In this document: piece by piece, positions 13,501 through 28,604 of the stretch | How the letters are laid out: every line of letters begins with the position of its first letter | Position numbering within the stretch: the first letter of the stretch is position 1 | Assembly (NCBI RefSeq): GCF_006345805.1 | Contig: NC_043018.1 | Location: forward strand, 23,746,001 to 23,810,000 | Direction: 5' to 3' | DNA from: Octopus sinensis | Taxonomy: Eukaryota | Length of the DNA: 64,000 nt | The notes under the pieces: model-generated | The model's database searches: none | What the model saw: only the letters and a program-made list of their open reading frames with translations | What the model was told of the DNA's origin: nothing | Program-made: the position numbers and the translations under genes

Positions 13501-16500
13501 AATAGTTGTAAATGAGTGTCACTGTCATTCTGCAAAAACATATTTGCCAATGGGGAAATATTACCTATTTCTTTAATACCCACAAGGGGCTAAACATAGA
13601 GGGGACAAACATGGACAGACATAGGTATTAAGTCGACTACATCGACCCCAGTGCGTAACTGGTATTTAATTTATCGACCCCGAAAGGATGAAAGGCAAAG
13701 TCGACCTCGGCGGAATTTGAACTTACAATGTAACGGCAGCTGAAATACCGCTAAGCATTTCGTCCGACGTGCCAACGATTCTGCCAGCTCACCTGGGGAA
13801 AATATTACCTTGCTGGGAAACAGTTAAGTGTTGATGACAGGAAGGGCGGCCAGCTGTAAAAAAATCTACCTTAATAAACTCATCCGACCCATGAAAGCAT
13901 GGAAAAGTCGATATTAAAATGATGATCCTCGCCATCGTTTTCATTTCAAATTATCCAAAAATTGTGTAGAATATTATGTGTTAATTAACTCAGTATCCTG
14001 TTAGATTATGTCCTCAAACAGAAGAAACTGTTTGTACTGAAGTAAAGTAAACTGTTCTATTAGGTTTTGTAAAGTCTTGCTGCTTCTGTTCACTGGTTTC
14101 TTTCTCTATATTCAATTAAATCTCACATTTTATGGAATTCTTGCAGAATTACTAACAAAATGACTGACGAGCCAGAAGTTGGTATATGATACTTTTGAAA
14201 TTTGTGCTTCGGGGATTGACAGAAGCCTCATCAAACTCAGCACTGTCCTTTTGAAGCTAAAAAGACATCAGATTCAGCATGAAAGAACTTGAATTATGGA
14301 TATCTTGTGTGATGTTAGCACACATTAAAATACATTCCTAAAGTGTAGCATTTAGCAGGAAAGTAAACCAAAGATTATTTACATTAACAAAAGAGAAGTC
14401 TTTTTACTGAGTCTCAGACAAACTCTATGAATTGAGACTGAGCTTAATAGTCAATCCTCTTCAGTAGACTTATTATCAGGCTTAATATCTTTCAAAGCTA
14501 GTATCTGAGGTCACTGCTCCACACTCTTAGTTAAGACAGTGCTAGATAGAGTGGAAGCGGACTGTACAAAGAAATAAATGGCACTAAATCAATCAGACCC
14601 TTGCTAGAATGGGGTCACCATGAAATATACTGGTTCACTCAGTTCTTGAGTCCAAGCTTGTCTACTTAACCAAGCAAGAAGTTACAAAAACAGAAGCAAA
14701 AACATGAATGAAGCAAGAGAAACACATCAAGTTTTAACCCTTTTGATACCAACCTGCCAATACTGCCCCTGAACCCTTGATACAAACTTCCTGTTTTATG
14801 GCGATCTAAATTAAAACTGTCCATTAAAATTTCATGCTAATTTATGCTTGAAATCCCAGCTTAGAAATGACAGAGTTATTTTATTAAATTCTTCATTAAT
14901 TTCCAAATTAATTGAAACAAAAGCAGTGCAATTCAATAGGGATTTTTGTAACAAAAGAAACAACATGTTAACCACCATGGCCTGTTACTGGAACTCACTT
15001 GTTACACCACATATTTTGCGTAGTTACACTGCATGCTGTTTGATTACAAATGTAATTTTTTTTTTGTATTTTTACAATATTTCATAAATAAACTTTAATA
15101 ATTAACACTCATGTTGTTATCTTCAAAACCATGTCAAAGATACAGAACAAAATATTTTCTCAAATTATGAAAATGTACCACCGGTGGTGTATATGGCGGT
15201 TGTGTGAAGTTTGTGACAAACTGCTGATGGTACAAGTGGTAGTTAACGTGTTAAAGAACTATGTAGACTTTATATTTTGGAGAAAGTCTACAATGTGGCG
15301 AAAGTTATATGAGAATTGTTAATGACAATGATCAATTAATTAGTTGAAGATGATTGTTTGGTATCCAATCAATTTATATTCAAAGACTTTGATACGCTCT
15401 TTTTTGTCTAACAGTAGAATGCTGTGTGGAGACTAGCATGCCAAAGAATAGACCCAACATTTCCTCTGCTTGTCATAAAAAGAGACTTAAAAAAAGTTGA
15501 GGTAGCATTTGCACTTTGACCTCATAAAACCCTCACCAGCAATGACTACCCAAACAGATCTAACAAGTCCTCTCCCCTGGAGAAGTACCGTGATCACCTA
15601 TAAAGCATATTGTATGAAATGGTTGGGGCACAGACACCAAGACACCCATCCACCTAATGGGGAAAGCTCTGGAGGACAGATTGGGTTGGAGGGTTGTAGC
15701 CTGGGTGGTGGAAAGGTGTCATCCACCAGGAGTAGGGAATCTCAGTTCGTGGGAGCCTGTACAACAAGGATCATTTTTTGCTAATAGAAACTTACTTTAA
15801 CCCTTTTCATGCTAACATGCTAGAGATCACACCTGGTTCCTTGATACAAACATCTTGTTTTACAATGATCTAAATTCAAACCTTACATCAAAATTTCATG
15901 TTAATTCAAGTTCCAAACACCAACTTAATAACAACAAAATTGTCATTTCCCTAAATCCTTCATTATTTTCAAATTTAATTGAAACAAAGGCCATATACAT
16001 CAACAAAAATATGGTAACAAAAGGGTCGAAGCACTGTAATTAACAAGATTATCCCAGTCTTGTTTTTGTATCTTCTCATTTGAATTAAGAAGTTCACTCA
16101 GATACTTCTTAGTAAATTAATTATAAAATTAACAAAATGTCGATGTAAAACATTGTTAGAATTTAAGTTGATTCACTGGTCATTCTTATTTGTTTTTCAT
16201 TTCTCAAACTGACCAATGATATTCTGCAAGGTTTCATTATAACAATATATTTGTACTGATACTGCATCTGCTACTGTCTTAATACCAGATTCCAAAGAAA
16301 AACCGAAACACTTTGCATAAAATTGAACCTGAGCACTTTGTAGTGCACCTGAGCATTGTATACAATAAGTTCATTATTCTCAGTTTAGCATTTCACATTA
16401 GTAAATTCAGATAAAATATTAAGAGGAAGGGGAAAAATGGTTCTTTGCAAACATCCTGAGAAGAATGATAATAAAATAATAAATCAACCAGACCCACACC

Positions 16501-17849
16501 CCTAAGAAAACCTTCACAATATCTTCCTAAAATAATTCTAAATATTTTACAGTTAAATGTTAGCTATCTTCATTCTCTAATTAATCACTGTTCATAACAC
16601 ACACACACACAATTAATTCTTTATTTTGAGACATGTTTCTAGAAATTCTTCTTCATTTTGACTATTTTTATTTTTCTAGATATTTCTTCTTTGAACACAC
16701 CAAAAGAAAATAAAAATTGCAGAATGGAATTCAATCCAGCATTTACACCACAAATATTAGTATTTCGTGTTTTACAATATATTATCATTATTGTTTTATA
16801 ATACATTTCTTCCAAATATTTACACAAATATTAGAATATATCCTTAATTTTTAGATTTTACAGGGAGCATAAGAAAGACGACTATCATTTCCTATTAAAA
16901 AAAAAGAAAGAAAAAGGAGCGGTGTTTGTGTGTGTGTGCACTATCTGCAAAAGTGCCATGACTACAAAACATTTTATAACAAACAAGACATAGAATAAAA
17001 ATATAAGTGAAATACAAAAGAATTGTTTTTCAATGCAAGTCATGATCTGGTTTGGGGATCTTCTCTCTCTCCCTAATTTATTACCCACTTTAAAGCAGCT
17101 TTTTTGTTTAACTGATTTTCTTCGTTTATTTAAATTTTTTTTTTTTTTTTTTTGGTGAGGGGGAGCAGCAATTTTGTTATTACAATTTCTACATTTTCAG
17201 AAACAGTGATAAGAAAAAAAAAGGGGGGGGGGGAAAGTTCCAGTTATATGCAATAGCAGCAGACTTTAGATACAGACTTTGGAAATAAAGATTTGAAGGA
17301 AAATATCAAACAGAACATCAAATTTGAGGATTACAGGAGGTGAGGAGGGGGGGGGGTTAAAAATAAAAATAAAAAGAACTTGACTTTAGATGGGTTTTTA
17401 TAAAGTCATTTCAACAAGTTTTTGCAGAAATGGACAACTACATCCTCCAAGACACCAAACTCAGTTCTAAACACTGGTGGAATGTCGGAGGCAGATATAC
17501 ATACATTATATATAAAATCACAAACATATATTTGTACACATACATATCATAGGGAGAGAAGAGAGAGCAGGTATAAACTGGTTGTTTTGTTATTTATTAT
17601 ATCTAATTATCACAGATTAACATCAATAGAGTTACTATAATTGTAGGAACACAAGAGCTGGACAATTTTAGAGCAACAAAAAAAATAATTTTTTTTTTAA
17701 AAAAAAAAGAGAGAGAGAAAATATGAAACTTTCAAATTTCCATCACCATCTGAAGAGGATGAGTAGGTCGGAAACCTTGGGGCGTTTGTTTCAGCAAAAA
17801 CATTATGCAGGATTTTCAAGAGTTCAACAAAAACAGAGTTTCCAGGGTT

Positions 17850-17857
17850 TCATGGAG
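17850..17857 (-). CDS. Candidate alternative last exon of the TAB2-like gene (adds A-P-stop), followed by 3'UTR-like sequence
   Basis: Strong acceptor (T13)gtatttgaccattcttacag|CT CCA TGA, phase-compatible with the donor AAG|gtagag after 32968. Followed by about 1.5 kb of U-rich, repeat-poor sequence with AATAAA (minus) at 16620-16625. No transcript evidence. Confidence 0.4.
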
Positions 17858-20800
17858 CTGTAAGAATGGTCAAATACAAAAAAAAAAAAAGAAACATTTA
17901 ACAAATTACAATTTTTGAAGAATTATTTTTTTAAAAAAGACGCTTTATAAAAAAAAAAAGTTTGACTCCAATATGCATTGGTATACCACTGTGCATATTA
18001 CATGAGTTTTGAGGGTGTTTTTGATAAAACTATTTTACTGTTACATTTCTTGTTATTTTTGTTTTTCACACCAAAATCAAAATCAACACCTTAGAACAGG
18101 TGATTTATTTTTCATCTTTTACTTGTCACTAGACAGTGACCATGCCAGGGCACTGCCTTGAAGGGTTTAGTCGAATAAATTCATCTTAGTACTTGGTTTT
18201 TAAGCCTGGTACTCATTCTGTTGGTCTCTTTTGCCAAACCACTAAGTTAAAGAGGCGAACCTGGAACCATGTAGTTGGGAAGCCAACTACTTGCCACACA
18301 ACCATCGTTTGAGAAAATGCAGGGGGAGATAAACTATATCCACTTACTTAGCATTATCTCCCTTTGTTAAATTTTTTTTTGTTTTGTTTTTTGAAGGTGC
18401 AATGTCAATTTTTTGGCGATTGAATAGACATCTTTCTCAATAAATTTCTCGAGAGGGGATAAAATGATCCAGAACACAGAGACACTCAACTAGACTTTCG
18501 TAAGATCTGTCATGGCAAACAGTCCTGCTTTGGCGTTAAACTTCATTTCCTCCAAATTCGTTCCACTTTGAGCTTTATACAGAAACATTATGAAGTTGTC
18601 ATTTAACCCCAGCTCAGTTCTAATCGATCAAACCTATGATCAAAAGCGTTTCCACCATGGCCATCTCACCTATATTTTCATTTATGAGGGTTTTATGAGT
18701 ACTTTAGTCAATGCATTCTTTTTGTTAAGACAGCAGGTGAGATTTGTTGAAACCCAGCTCATCTAAGCGATCAAACTTATGATCAAAACATTCCTGTCAT
18801 GACCATCTATCTTGTATTTTAATACACAGTGTATTTAGGAGTACTTTTATCAATGCATTCCTTCAAGACAGTAGGGTGTGATTGGGGGAGGGATTTAGGC
18901 TACTATTTTAAGCAAGTCTTGTACCTATGTAAGAGGTTTCTTACATACGCAGTGTAGCTTTGCAAAATAACGGATTTAAACCTAGTCTAAGGTAAATTGT
19001 TATTAGAAAACAATTCACTGCTGCAAAAAGCTTGAAATACAGGCAAACAATAGTTCAATATTGATGTAATATTAACTCTAAACTACATCAGTAGTGGTGG
19101 GTTGACATGGAAACGTATGAATGATTTCATTTAGTCTACTCATTACATAACTGTATTTCTTAGGTGTCATAAATAGCTTTTAGATACACCTGTCTTTACA
19201 ATACCTGTAGGGTTTAAGGGTGAAAGGGTCCTGAAACACCATTAAAGGTCGGCAGGATACAGAGAGAAGAGGTAAAAATGCATTAAATTATACATATAAA
19301 ACAAGAATTCCTGCCATGAACCAATTTTTAAAAAGTTAAATTGATGAATTACAATGATTGAAAAGTATCAGCCATTTTATAAAGTTTGTTAAAAAGTACA
19401 AAAATAAAATGTAAAAAAACAAAAACAACAACATTAAAGAAGGATTAGACTCAAAGGATTCAAAGCATTTGTCCAAGTGGTTATTTATTAGCTGCGGTAA
19501 ACATTCCAAAATACACATCACATGGTAGTTTTTTTGTTTTTTTTAACAGGTGAGGCAGAAATATGTTAGGAATAAAACAAAATACAAGGGCTGATTAGTA
19601 GGTTTTTATGAAATAAAGGTGTCCTTAGAATGGTGACAATTACAAATACACTTTGGTTTATTTTCTTACAATTTTCAGGTAACTTACCATTCAACACCTG
19701 CTTATCCGTGTTTGCATGTATCATTCAGAGAAAACTTGCCGAGGCAGACTCTGTACGGCCAGATGCCTTTCCTGTTGCCAACCCTTACCTATTTCCAAGC
19801 AAGGTAATCTCTCCCCATGGTCTGACATGCTTTTCAGAGAAAACTGGAAACAAACATCATTTGTATGATGATGCTCATTTACAACCATCATGGATTTGTT
19901 AGGCAGAAACTGAAAGAAGCCTCTCTGTGTGTGTGTGTGTGTGTGTGTTCTCCTCTTGACATTGCATAATAGTTGTTGAACATATTAGTGTCACTGTCAT
20001 ACAAGCAATGTCATTCACTTCACTTCCAATATTCTGCAAAAACATGTCTGACCCTGGGGGAATATTACCTTGCTTGGAAACAGGTAAGAATTGGCAACAG
20101 AAACGACATCTGTCAGTAGAAAATCTGCCTCAATAAACTGTGTCCAAGAGTGTCAGACAACCATTAGCTGATGGACTTATTGTTTGAAAACAACCATTGG
20201 CACTATTCAATATTGCATTCCTGACAAATTCTCTTATGTACTTGGACTAGATGTTCTTACTGCAAACGGTGACGCAAGTAGCAGTACAACACACAGCTGC
20301 AAAGACTGGGAGCAGTGGCATCTGCCAAAATATTTCATTATTTATTTGTAATGTTGCATTAACTTGAGACTTAGAACTAATAGAAATGGTCATATCACAC
20401 TTTCATGGCGGTGGAGTTCTATCTCAATAAAATCTATCACCAAATAAGAACATAAGAGAATTGAATTTTTCTCCAGAAATGACTTTAGTTGAAAACACAC
20501 ACGATTTGGTAGACGGAAACTGAAAGAAGCCTGTCGTATATATGTATGTATATATATATATATATGTGTGTGTGTGTTTGTGTGTCTGTATTTGTCCCCC
20601 TAGCATTGCTTGACAACTGATGCTGGTGTGTTTACGTCCCCGTCACTTAGCGGTTCGGCAAAAGAGACCGATAGAATAAGTACTGGGCTTACAAAGAATA
20701 AGTCCCGGGGGTCGATTTGCTCGACTAAAAGGTGGTGCTCCAGCATGGCCGCAGTCAAATGACTGAAACAAGTAAAAGAGAGTAAAAGAGAATGAAAGAG

Positions 20801-21029
20801 AGATTAGATATATTAACAGAATTAGAAAGGAAAACACACACAAACAAAAACGAATTAAAAGGTGGTTTAGTATGTGTGTGTGTGCGCGTGTGTTATTTTA
20901 ATGATTTTATCAATGGACAGGTAGGGACATACGTGCCCCTTCAAAAATGAACCTTTTTTTAGAAAGTCTTCTTGTAATATCTCTATGTAACCATTTACTG
21001 GTTGCATATCCCCCTCTCTCTCTCTATGT

Positions 21030-21125
21030 ACATATATATATACATACACACACATAAATATACATACATATATATACACATATTATACACACACATATAT
21101 ATACACAAACATACATATTATATAT

Positions 21126-21156
<31 letters not shown>

Positions 21157-21179
21157 CATATATATATACATATATATAT

Positions 21180-21211
<32 letters not shown>

Positions 21212-21682
21212 TACACACACATATATATATATATATACATACACACATACATACACATATATATATATATATACATACACACACCACACATATATATATA
21301 TATACATACACACACACACACATACACACACATATATAATATATATATATATATATACATACACACACACACATATATATATATGCTTATCCTCTGAATA
21401 TATTTAGTTATACATATCTATCTATCTATATATATGTGTGTGTGTGTGTGTATCAAACCTAATCATGTTTTTCTATTTCTCATATATATATATATACATA
21501 TATATATACATACACACACACATATATATATATGCTTATCCTCTGAATATATTTAGTTATACATATCTATCTATCTATATATATGTGTGTGTGTGTGTAT
21601 CAAACCTAATCATGTTTTTCTATTTCTCATATATATATATATATATAATATATATATATATATTATATATATATATATATAT
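21030..21682. repeat. (TA)n/(CA)n field containing a ~150-bp tandem duplication
   Basis: atatgcttatcctctgaatat..caaacctaatcatgtttttctatttctc occurs at ~21381-21481 and ~21530-21628. Confidence 0.9.
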
Positions 21683-21874
21683 TCACTTACTTGTTTCAGT
21701 CATTTGACTGTGGTCATGCCAGAACCTTAGTCTAACAAATCAACCCCAAGGACTTATTCTTTGTAAACCTAGTACGTATTCTACTGGTCTCATTTGCCGA
21801 ACCACTAAGTTACAGGGACATAAACACACCAACATTGGTTATCAAGCAATGGTGGGTAGGTGGGGGGTGACAAG

Positions 21875-21905
<31 letters not shown>

Positions 21906-22708
21906 ATGGGCTTCTTTCAGTTTCCGCCTACCAAATTCACTCACAAGGCTTTGGTTGGTCAGAGGACATAGTAGAAGACACTTGCCCAAGGTGCCATGCA
22001 GTGGAACTGAACCGAGAACCATGTGGTTGGGAAGCAAGCTTCTTACTACACTGTGCCTATATATATATATATATATGTAGACAGAAACATAATACTTGAT
22101 TATGTTATAACACAGATATATTACTACTAATATACATACAATCATAAGCCATAGAATAAGAAATATTACAACAGCCATTTGGTTGGTTTGTTGATGAATG
22201 TTTATTCATAATTACTGACATAATTGCAGTGTCCAGCTTTATTAAATTCAATTCACCCTCATCATTCAATGTCTACTTTTCAAATAGAATTTGTTGAGAG
22301 ATTTTCTACAGCTGAATGCCCTTCCTGTTACCAACCCTTATCCGGTTCTAAGCATGGTAGTATTTCTCCCATAGCCAGACATGGTTTTCATGGAAGACTG
22401 CAAACACCATCATTTGTATAACACTGATGATTATTTATAACCATTACATGACGTCAAGACAAAAGTGTATACACAATGTGTGCATATATATATTTTTTTA
22501 TTACCAGTGTATATTGTCAAGCAATGCAAACATTGTCAAGAAAAACTGATAAACAGATGTTTTTGAACAGAAACAAACACCCTGAGTAGTATTCTACTCA
22601 AGTTGCACCGATTCTCCTCAATTATTCTCATCCAAAGAAACACAGTAAACCAGTAACTAGAACTAATGAAGCTAATCTAAACAAAATGCGATAAAAAAAA
22701 AATGTACA

Positions 22709-23121
22709 CAGGAGTGGCAGTGTGGTAAGTAGCTTGCTTACCAACCACATGGTTCCGGGTTCAGTCCCACTGCGTGGCACCTTGGGCAAGTGTCTTCTAC
22801 TATAGCCTCGGGCCGACCAAAGCCTTGTGAGTGGATTTGGTAGACAGAAACTGAAAGAAGCCCGTCGTATATATGTATATATATATATGTGTGTGTGTAT
22901 GTGCGTGTGTGTTTGTGTGTCTGTGTTTGTCCCCCAAGCATTGCTTGACAACCGATGCTGGTGTGTTTATGTCCCCGTCACTTAGCAGTTCGGCAAAAGA
23001 GACCGATAGAATAAGTACTGGGCTTACAAAGAATAAGTCCCAGGGTCAAGTTGCTCGACTAAAGGTGGTGCTCCAGTATGGCCGCAGTCAACTGACTGAA
23101 ACAAGTAAAAGAGTAAAGAGT
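22709..23121 (+). mobile_element. SINE family A copy
   Basis: Near-identical to the reverse complement of 36424-36849. Confidence 0.9.
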
Positions 23122-23880
23122 AAACCAAAAATAGTTACGAGTGAGACAGAGTATCATACCAAAAAAAAAAAAAGTATTTATTTTTTTTGTGCACAGAGGA
23201 CCTGATCAACTCTTTGCACTTCCTTCTGCCAGCTAGTATCCTGCTATTAAGAGCAATCATCTGATTCACCTGGTCACTTGCTTAGCTCTTCACTATTTAG
23301 ATTACTCTATCAAATGCAATGCTTATTTAATTACACTGTTTTTAATTAATCATACATTATCTCAGCTTTAAGATTTTGACAATGTGATTGCTTATTTTTA
23401 GAATGGCGTTGTATCATAGACCAGATCTGGCTGGTTTGAACAGGTAGAATATTTGGGCCAGATACGGCTGGTTTAAATGACTTTCAAAGCCCATCACTAT
23501 TTTTAACAGGTCCTGAAGGGCTCATTTCTTTCTGAGACATGATTTGATTTCAGAAGAGTTGAAACAGATACTGATATGTATCTATTGCAAAGCATTTCAT
23601 CTGGTGCCCTAAGATTCAGCCCATCCACTGACCGGGATCAGTACATTATTTATCGACCCTGAAAAGAGGAAGGGTAAAGTTGACCAAGGTGGGATTTGAA
23701 CTCAAAGCATAAAGAGTTAGAAGTAACACTGGAAGGCATTTTTATCTGAGGCTCAAATGACCCTCTCCATTTGACACTAATGTAAGTAACAATTAGAATA
23801 TTGTTGGCCATCAACTATTATACACAAAATTAGGCAATGGCAACAAACACATTTCAGGTTATATATTATAACTAGATAAA

Positions 23881-23912
<32 letters not shown>

Positions 23913-25360
23913 GGCAGTGAGTAGGCAGAATCATTAGCATGCTGGGATAAATGCTTAGTAGCATTTTGTCCGTCTGCATGCCCTCAGTTCAAATTCCACC
24001 AAGTCAACTTATCCTTTTGGGATTGATAAAATGAGTTCCCTGTTGATGTCATTCTAATCGACTAGTCTCCTCCCCACAAATTCCAGGTTTTGTGCCTGTA
24101 GTAGAAAGTATTATTGTTGTTATTGTTATTGTTATTATTATTATTATTAAGGCAGTGCACTGGCAGAAATGCTAAAGCATTGGACAAAATGCCAGCAACA
24201 TTTCTTTTATCTGTTTACTCACTGAGTTCAAATTCTGAGGTCAACTTTGCCTTTCATCTTTTCAAGGTTCTTAAAATAAAAACCCAGCTAAGTTCTGAGG
24301 TTGAGGTAATTGACTAACTCCACAGTACTTGAATAGTACTTTATTTTATCAAATCCTGAAAGATTGAAGTAGTTAACCTCAGCAGGATTTGTACTTAGAA
24401 CATTAAAAAAAAAAAAAAAAACAAATCCAGAACAAATCACTTATTTTGACAACGCTAACAATTACACCAATCCTGCAAATGACTGACTTTGTTGGTCACA
24501 AAAGCATAAGACACCAGTTTCAAATTTTGATCCAAGGCCAGTAATTTCAGTCGATTATATAAAACCCAGTGCTCAACCCGAAAGGATGAAAGGCAAAGTT
24601 GATCTCGGCAGAATTTGAACTCAGAGTGTAATGACAGACAAAATGCTGCTAAGCATTTGCCCCATATGCTAACGATTCTGCCAGCTTGCCGCCTTCACAA
24701 AGGCCCAAGATATTAAGGAGAGTACAAGAACAAAATATATATATAAAAAAAAAAATTTTTACTTAAAATAAAAGATGAATAAAACCCACAAATATGGAGA
24801 GGAGGAACATAGTCAATCCAATGTTTAAAACAATAATTATTTTATTGACCCCCCACCAACCCCTAAGGAAAGGATATGCAGGATGAAAAGCAAAGCCAAC
24901 TTTGGTGGGGTTTCAATATATAAAAGGGACAAAGCAACTGAACACTACAAGGCATAATAATCTCTAATAGTTTTCTGTTACAGTCTACAAAACACTTCAA
25001 CAACAGGACAAAACTGAAAGACACAATCCATTATACAAACAACACATATTATTCATAAGACTGGTAAACTATGGAATGAAACTGAAGACATAATCTACTG
25101 GAGACATAATATTTATTCATAAAATAATTGATAAAGTAAGGAAGGTAATTGAAGACATAATCTAGTGTACATACAATATTTATATTATTCACTTTATTTA
25201 TGAGACAAACGTCAGGAAAATGAATATTTTAAATATTTTAATTGTGATATCTTTTTCCTTTTCTAAATCTTTTTGTTTCAATCTTTGTACTATGGCTATG
25301 CTGGGGCACTGCCTTGAAATGTTTAGTCGAACAAATTGACCACAGAGCCTATATCTTTAA

Positions 25361-25571
25361 CCCTTTAGCATTTAAACCGGCCAAAAGTATTCTGCCTGTT
25401 TTATGTTCAAACTGGCTAGATCTGGTCTCTTACACCAACCCTACAATATCATTTTAAAAATTAACAGCTACCTCATCAAAATCTCATAACTACAAGATAA
25501 TGCCTGATTAGTTCAAAACAATGTGGATAAAAAAGGATTAATTTTGGCAGAATAATGTGAACACTAAAGGG
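25361..25571. mobile_element. piggyBac-like MITE inserted in a SINE
   Basis: TTAA|ccctttag ... ctaaaggg|TTAA. Related copies at ~27600-27898 and ~45443-45661; a similar family at ~14739-14955, ~15801-16025, ~42206-42801 and ~44695-44926. Confidence 0.75.
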
Positions 25572-27653
25572 TTAAGCTTTGTACTTATTCTATTAGTTAC
25601 TTCTGCTGAACCACTAAGTTACAGGGACATAAACAAATTAATGCTGATTGTCAAGTCATATGTTGGGGACAAACACAAGCACACATATATACAACAGGCT
25701 TCTTTCAGTTTCCGTCTACCAAATCCACTCACAAGGCTTTGGTAAGCCTGAAGATATAGCAGCAGACACTTGCCCAATGTTCTACGGAGTGGGACTGAAC
25801 CCAGAACTGTGTTTGGTAAACTTCTTATAACACAGCCATGCCTAGCTTTGTTTTTTTTTTTAGAATCAACACGGAGATATTTATTGTACTTGAATCTAAG
25901 GGCTAAAGGTTCAAGTCCAGCCCTATGTACATTTCTCTGATGCGAAACTAAGGTTGTAGTACAGTGCTTTAAGAATTAGTTTAAGCTTTGCCAAAATAAT
26001 AATATAATGTCTTCGATTTTGTTCCATACTTAAGATGATTCAAAGCATTTGCTTTATACATATTCTTTCAATAAACTTTAATATTAATAATATAGTCACA
26101 ATGGGAAGGTGGAGAGAAATTAAACAATATTTTCTCTGCAGCATGTTCACACCCTGCCATAAAAAAATATGGATAACAACACTATAATAAAATATAATGG
26201 ATAACAATGGAATAAAGAGGTGACAAGTGCATAACAAAGAATATAGTTTTCAAAGATGCTCCCTCCTAAAACAACACATTCAGTACCACCTCTGTGGACT
26301 TGACACTGTTTCAAGAACCAAAAAGCTTCAAATAAAAAAAAAAAAAAGATTTCAAAAAGAAATCATGTATTTCACTGTGCTCTATAAACTTTGAACCATC
26401 AAATAGTTTTTCCAAACAACCGCAGAATTTCCACCGGTACTGCTAGAACTAGCAATTACTCAATACAAACAATTGTCGCAGGAAGCAAGCAAACAAGAAC
26501 AATTATGTCAAAGAGTTTTTGAAAAATTAAATAACATTAGAAAAGGAATTTTTATTTTCTGTTTTTTTTTTTTTGGTTCTTTCACTGGTTCCATTCACTC
26601 AGCATTTTGGCCATGCTGGGGCACAGCTTTCAAGGGTTTTAGTCAATTACATCAAACCCAGTACATAGTCAGGCACTCTTGTTTTATTATTATTTATTTT
26701 AGCAAATGGCTGAGTTTACATCAAGTTATAAGTTTTTAAGGAGTTATCTCCACTTTGGGAGCAAATACCACAAGGGAGTTACACCAACTGACACAAGTGC
26801 ACACAAATAATAGTATATACACACACACACACACACGCATATACATACAGAGCATAGAAATGCATGCATGGCTGTGTGGTCAAGAAGTTAATTCTTCAAC
26901 CACATGGGTTCAGGTTCAATCCCACAGCACAGAACCTTGGGCAAGTGTTTTATATCAAAATCCACTGCTCTGGTTGAATTTGGTAGATGGAATCTGTAGG
27001 GAGCTTGTCATATGCATGTGAATGTGTTCGTATGTATGAATATGTCTATCCTCATCAATTTTTGAACAAAGCAGTACAGCAGTTTTCATTCCTTATTACC
27101 ATCCAACCCATGCTAGCATGGAGAACGGATGTTAAACGATGATGATGATCATCATCATCGTTTAACGTCCGCTTTCCATGCTAGCATGGGTTGGACGGTT
27201 CAACTGGGGTCTGGCAAGCCCGAAGGCTGCACCAGGCCAGTCAGATCTGGCAGTTGATTAATATTGCATCCAGTTGGTCTGCACTTTCTAAGACCTGCGG
27301 AACCGAAAAATCACCAACTTGAGAATCAGGTGAAGGCTGTTAACAGGAAGAACATCCACTGTCTTCCACACAATTTCCATCTACCAAATTTCCTCTTGTA
27401 TGGTGTTGGTCAACATGAGGCAATGATAGAAGAATCTATCTGAAAGGCACCATTTGGTGCTAATGAACCTAGAACATGATTAAAAAGTAAACTTTACAGT
27501 ACATTTATAATTGAGCTCAATTATGATTAAAACCATTACATAATTAAAATACTAACACTGAAAGTATAGTGAAGAATACAGAGTTTTGTGTCATCTTAAC
27601 CCTTTAGTATTGAAGTTGACCAGATCCAGCCCAAATATTTTAACTGCTTTAAA

Positions 27654-27698
<45 letters not shown>

Positions 27699-28573
27699 CA
27701 TTGTGTATAGTGCTCAGGTGCACTGCTCAAACAGACCAGATACAGCCTCTCACACCTATCCTACACTAACAATGTCATTCTAAAAATAAACAATTATATC
27801 ACTGAAATCTTGAAGCTATGTGACAATGCATGATTAATTCAAAACAATGTGAATAAATAAGCAATACATTTCACAGAGTTCTCTGAATGCTGTAGGGTTA
27901 GACACAAATGGAAAGTAAAAATAGATAAACCTGCACTGTTGTGGTGCTGTTTGTTATAATAACAAGAAATATAAACAACAGGAGGGAAAAAATATTTAGA
28001 GCAACAGGAGAAAATTAATTTGGAAGATGGCCTGCAAAATGGACTTAGCCAGTAGTGATTGCTTGTAAAGAAGTAACCAAAAATAAAGTAAACAGGCCAA
28101 GTGACTTTTTTCTAAGTCATGTTGACATAGACGAATTGTTAAATTGAGAACTGAAGTATGTTTGTTGATATGACGATGAGATTAACGATAAGTGGGGAGT
28201 AAAGAAAACTAATATTAATTAATATGTATGTGTGGCAGTCTCTTGTAGAAGGAAAGGGTGTGTGTGTGTGTGTGTGTGTGGTTTCATCGTCCATGGATAG
28301 ATAACTGAAAAACATTAATGATCCAAGGATTAAGGAAACCATTCACACAAGGAAAGGCTCAATACATTTGAATGTAAAATAGAACATTTATTAATTGCAG
28401 AGTATCCAACAATTGTATGAAAGTTTTAAAGCTGGTAAGCCAGAGCTTAACGATCTCTTTTCAGAGATTTAGGAAATACTGCTATGCCCTGACAATCTGC
28501 AGATACCCTGTATTATATATATAGATCTATATATATAGAGAGAGATCTATATATGTGTATGTGTATATATGTA

Positions 28574-28604
<31 letters not shown>

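Noticed and set aside
17745-17785. Hammerhead-like CTGAAGA...GAAA on the plus strand
   Set aside because: Stems I, II and III do not pair convincingly.
22628-23205. Recurrent ORFs such as 'SVYQIHSQGFG' and 'KETDRISTGLTKNKS' as a protein family
   Set aside because: Translations of SINE family A copies.
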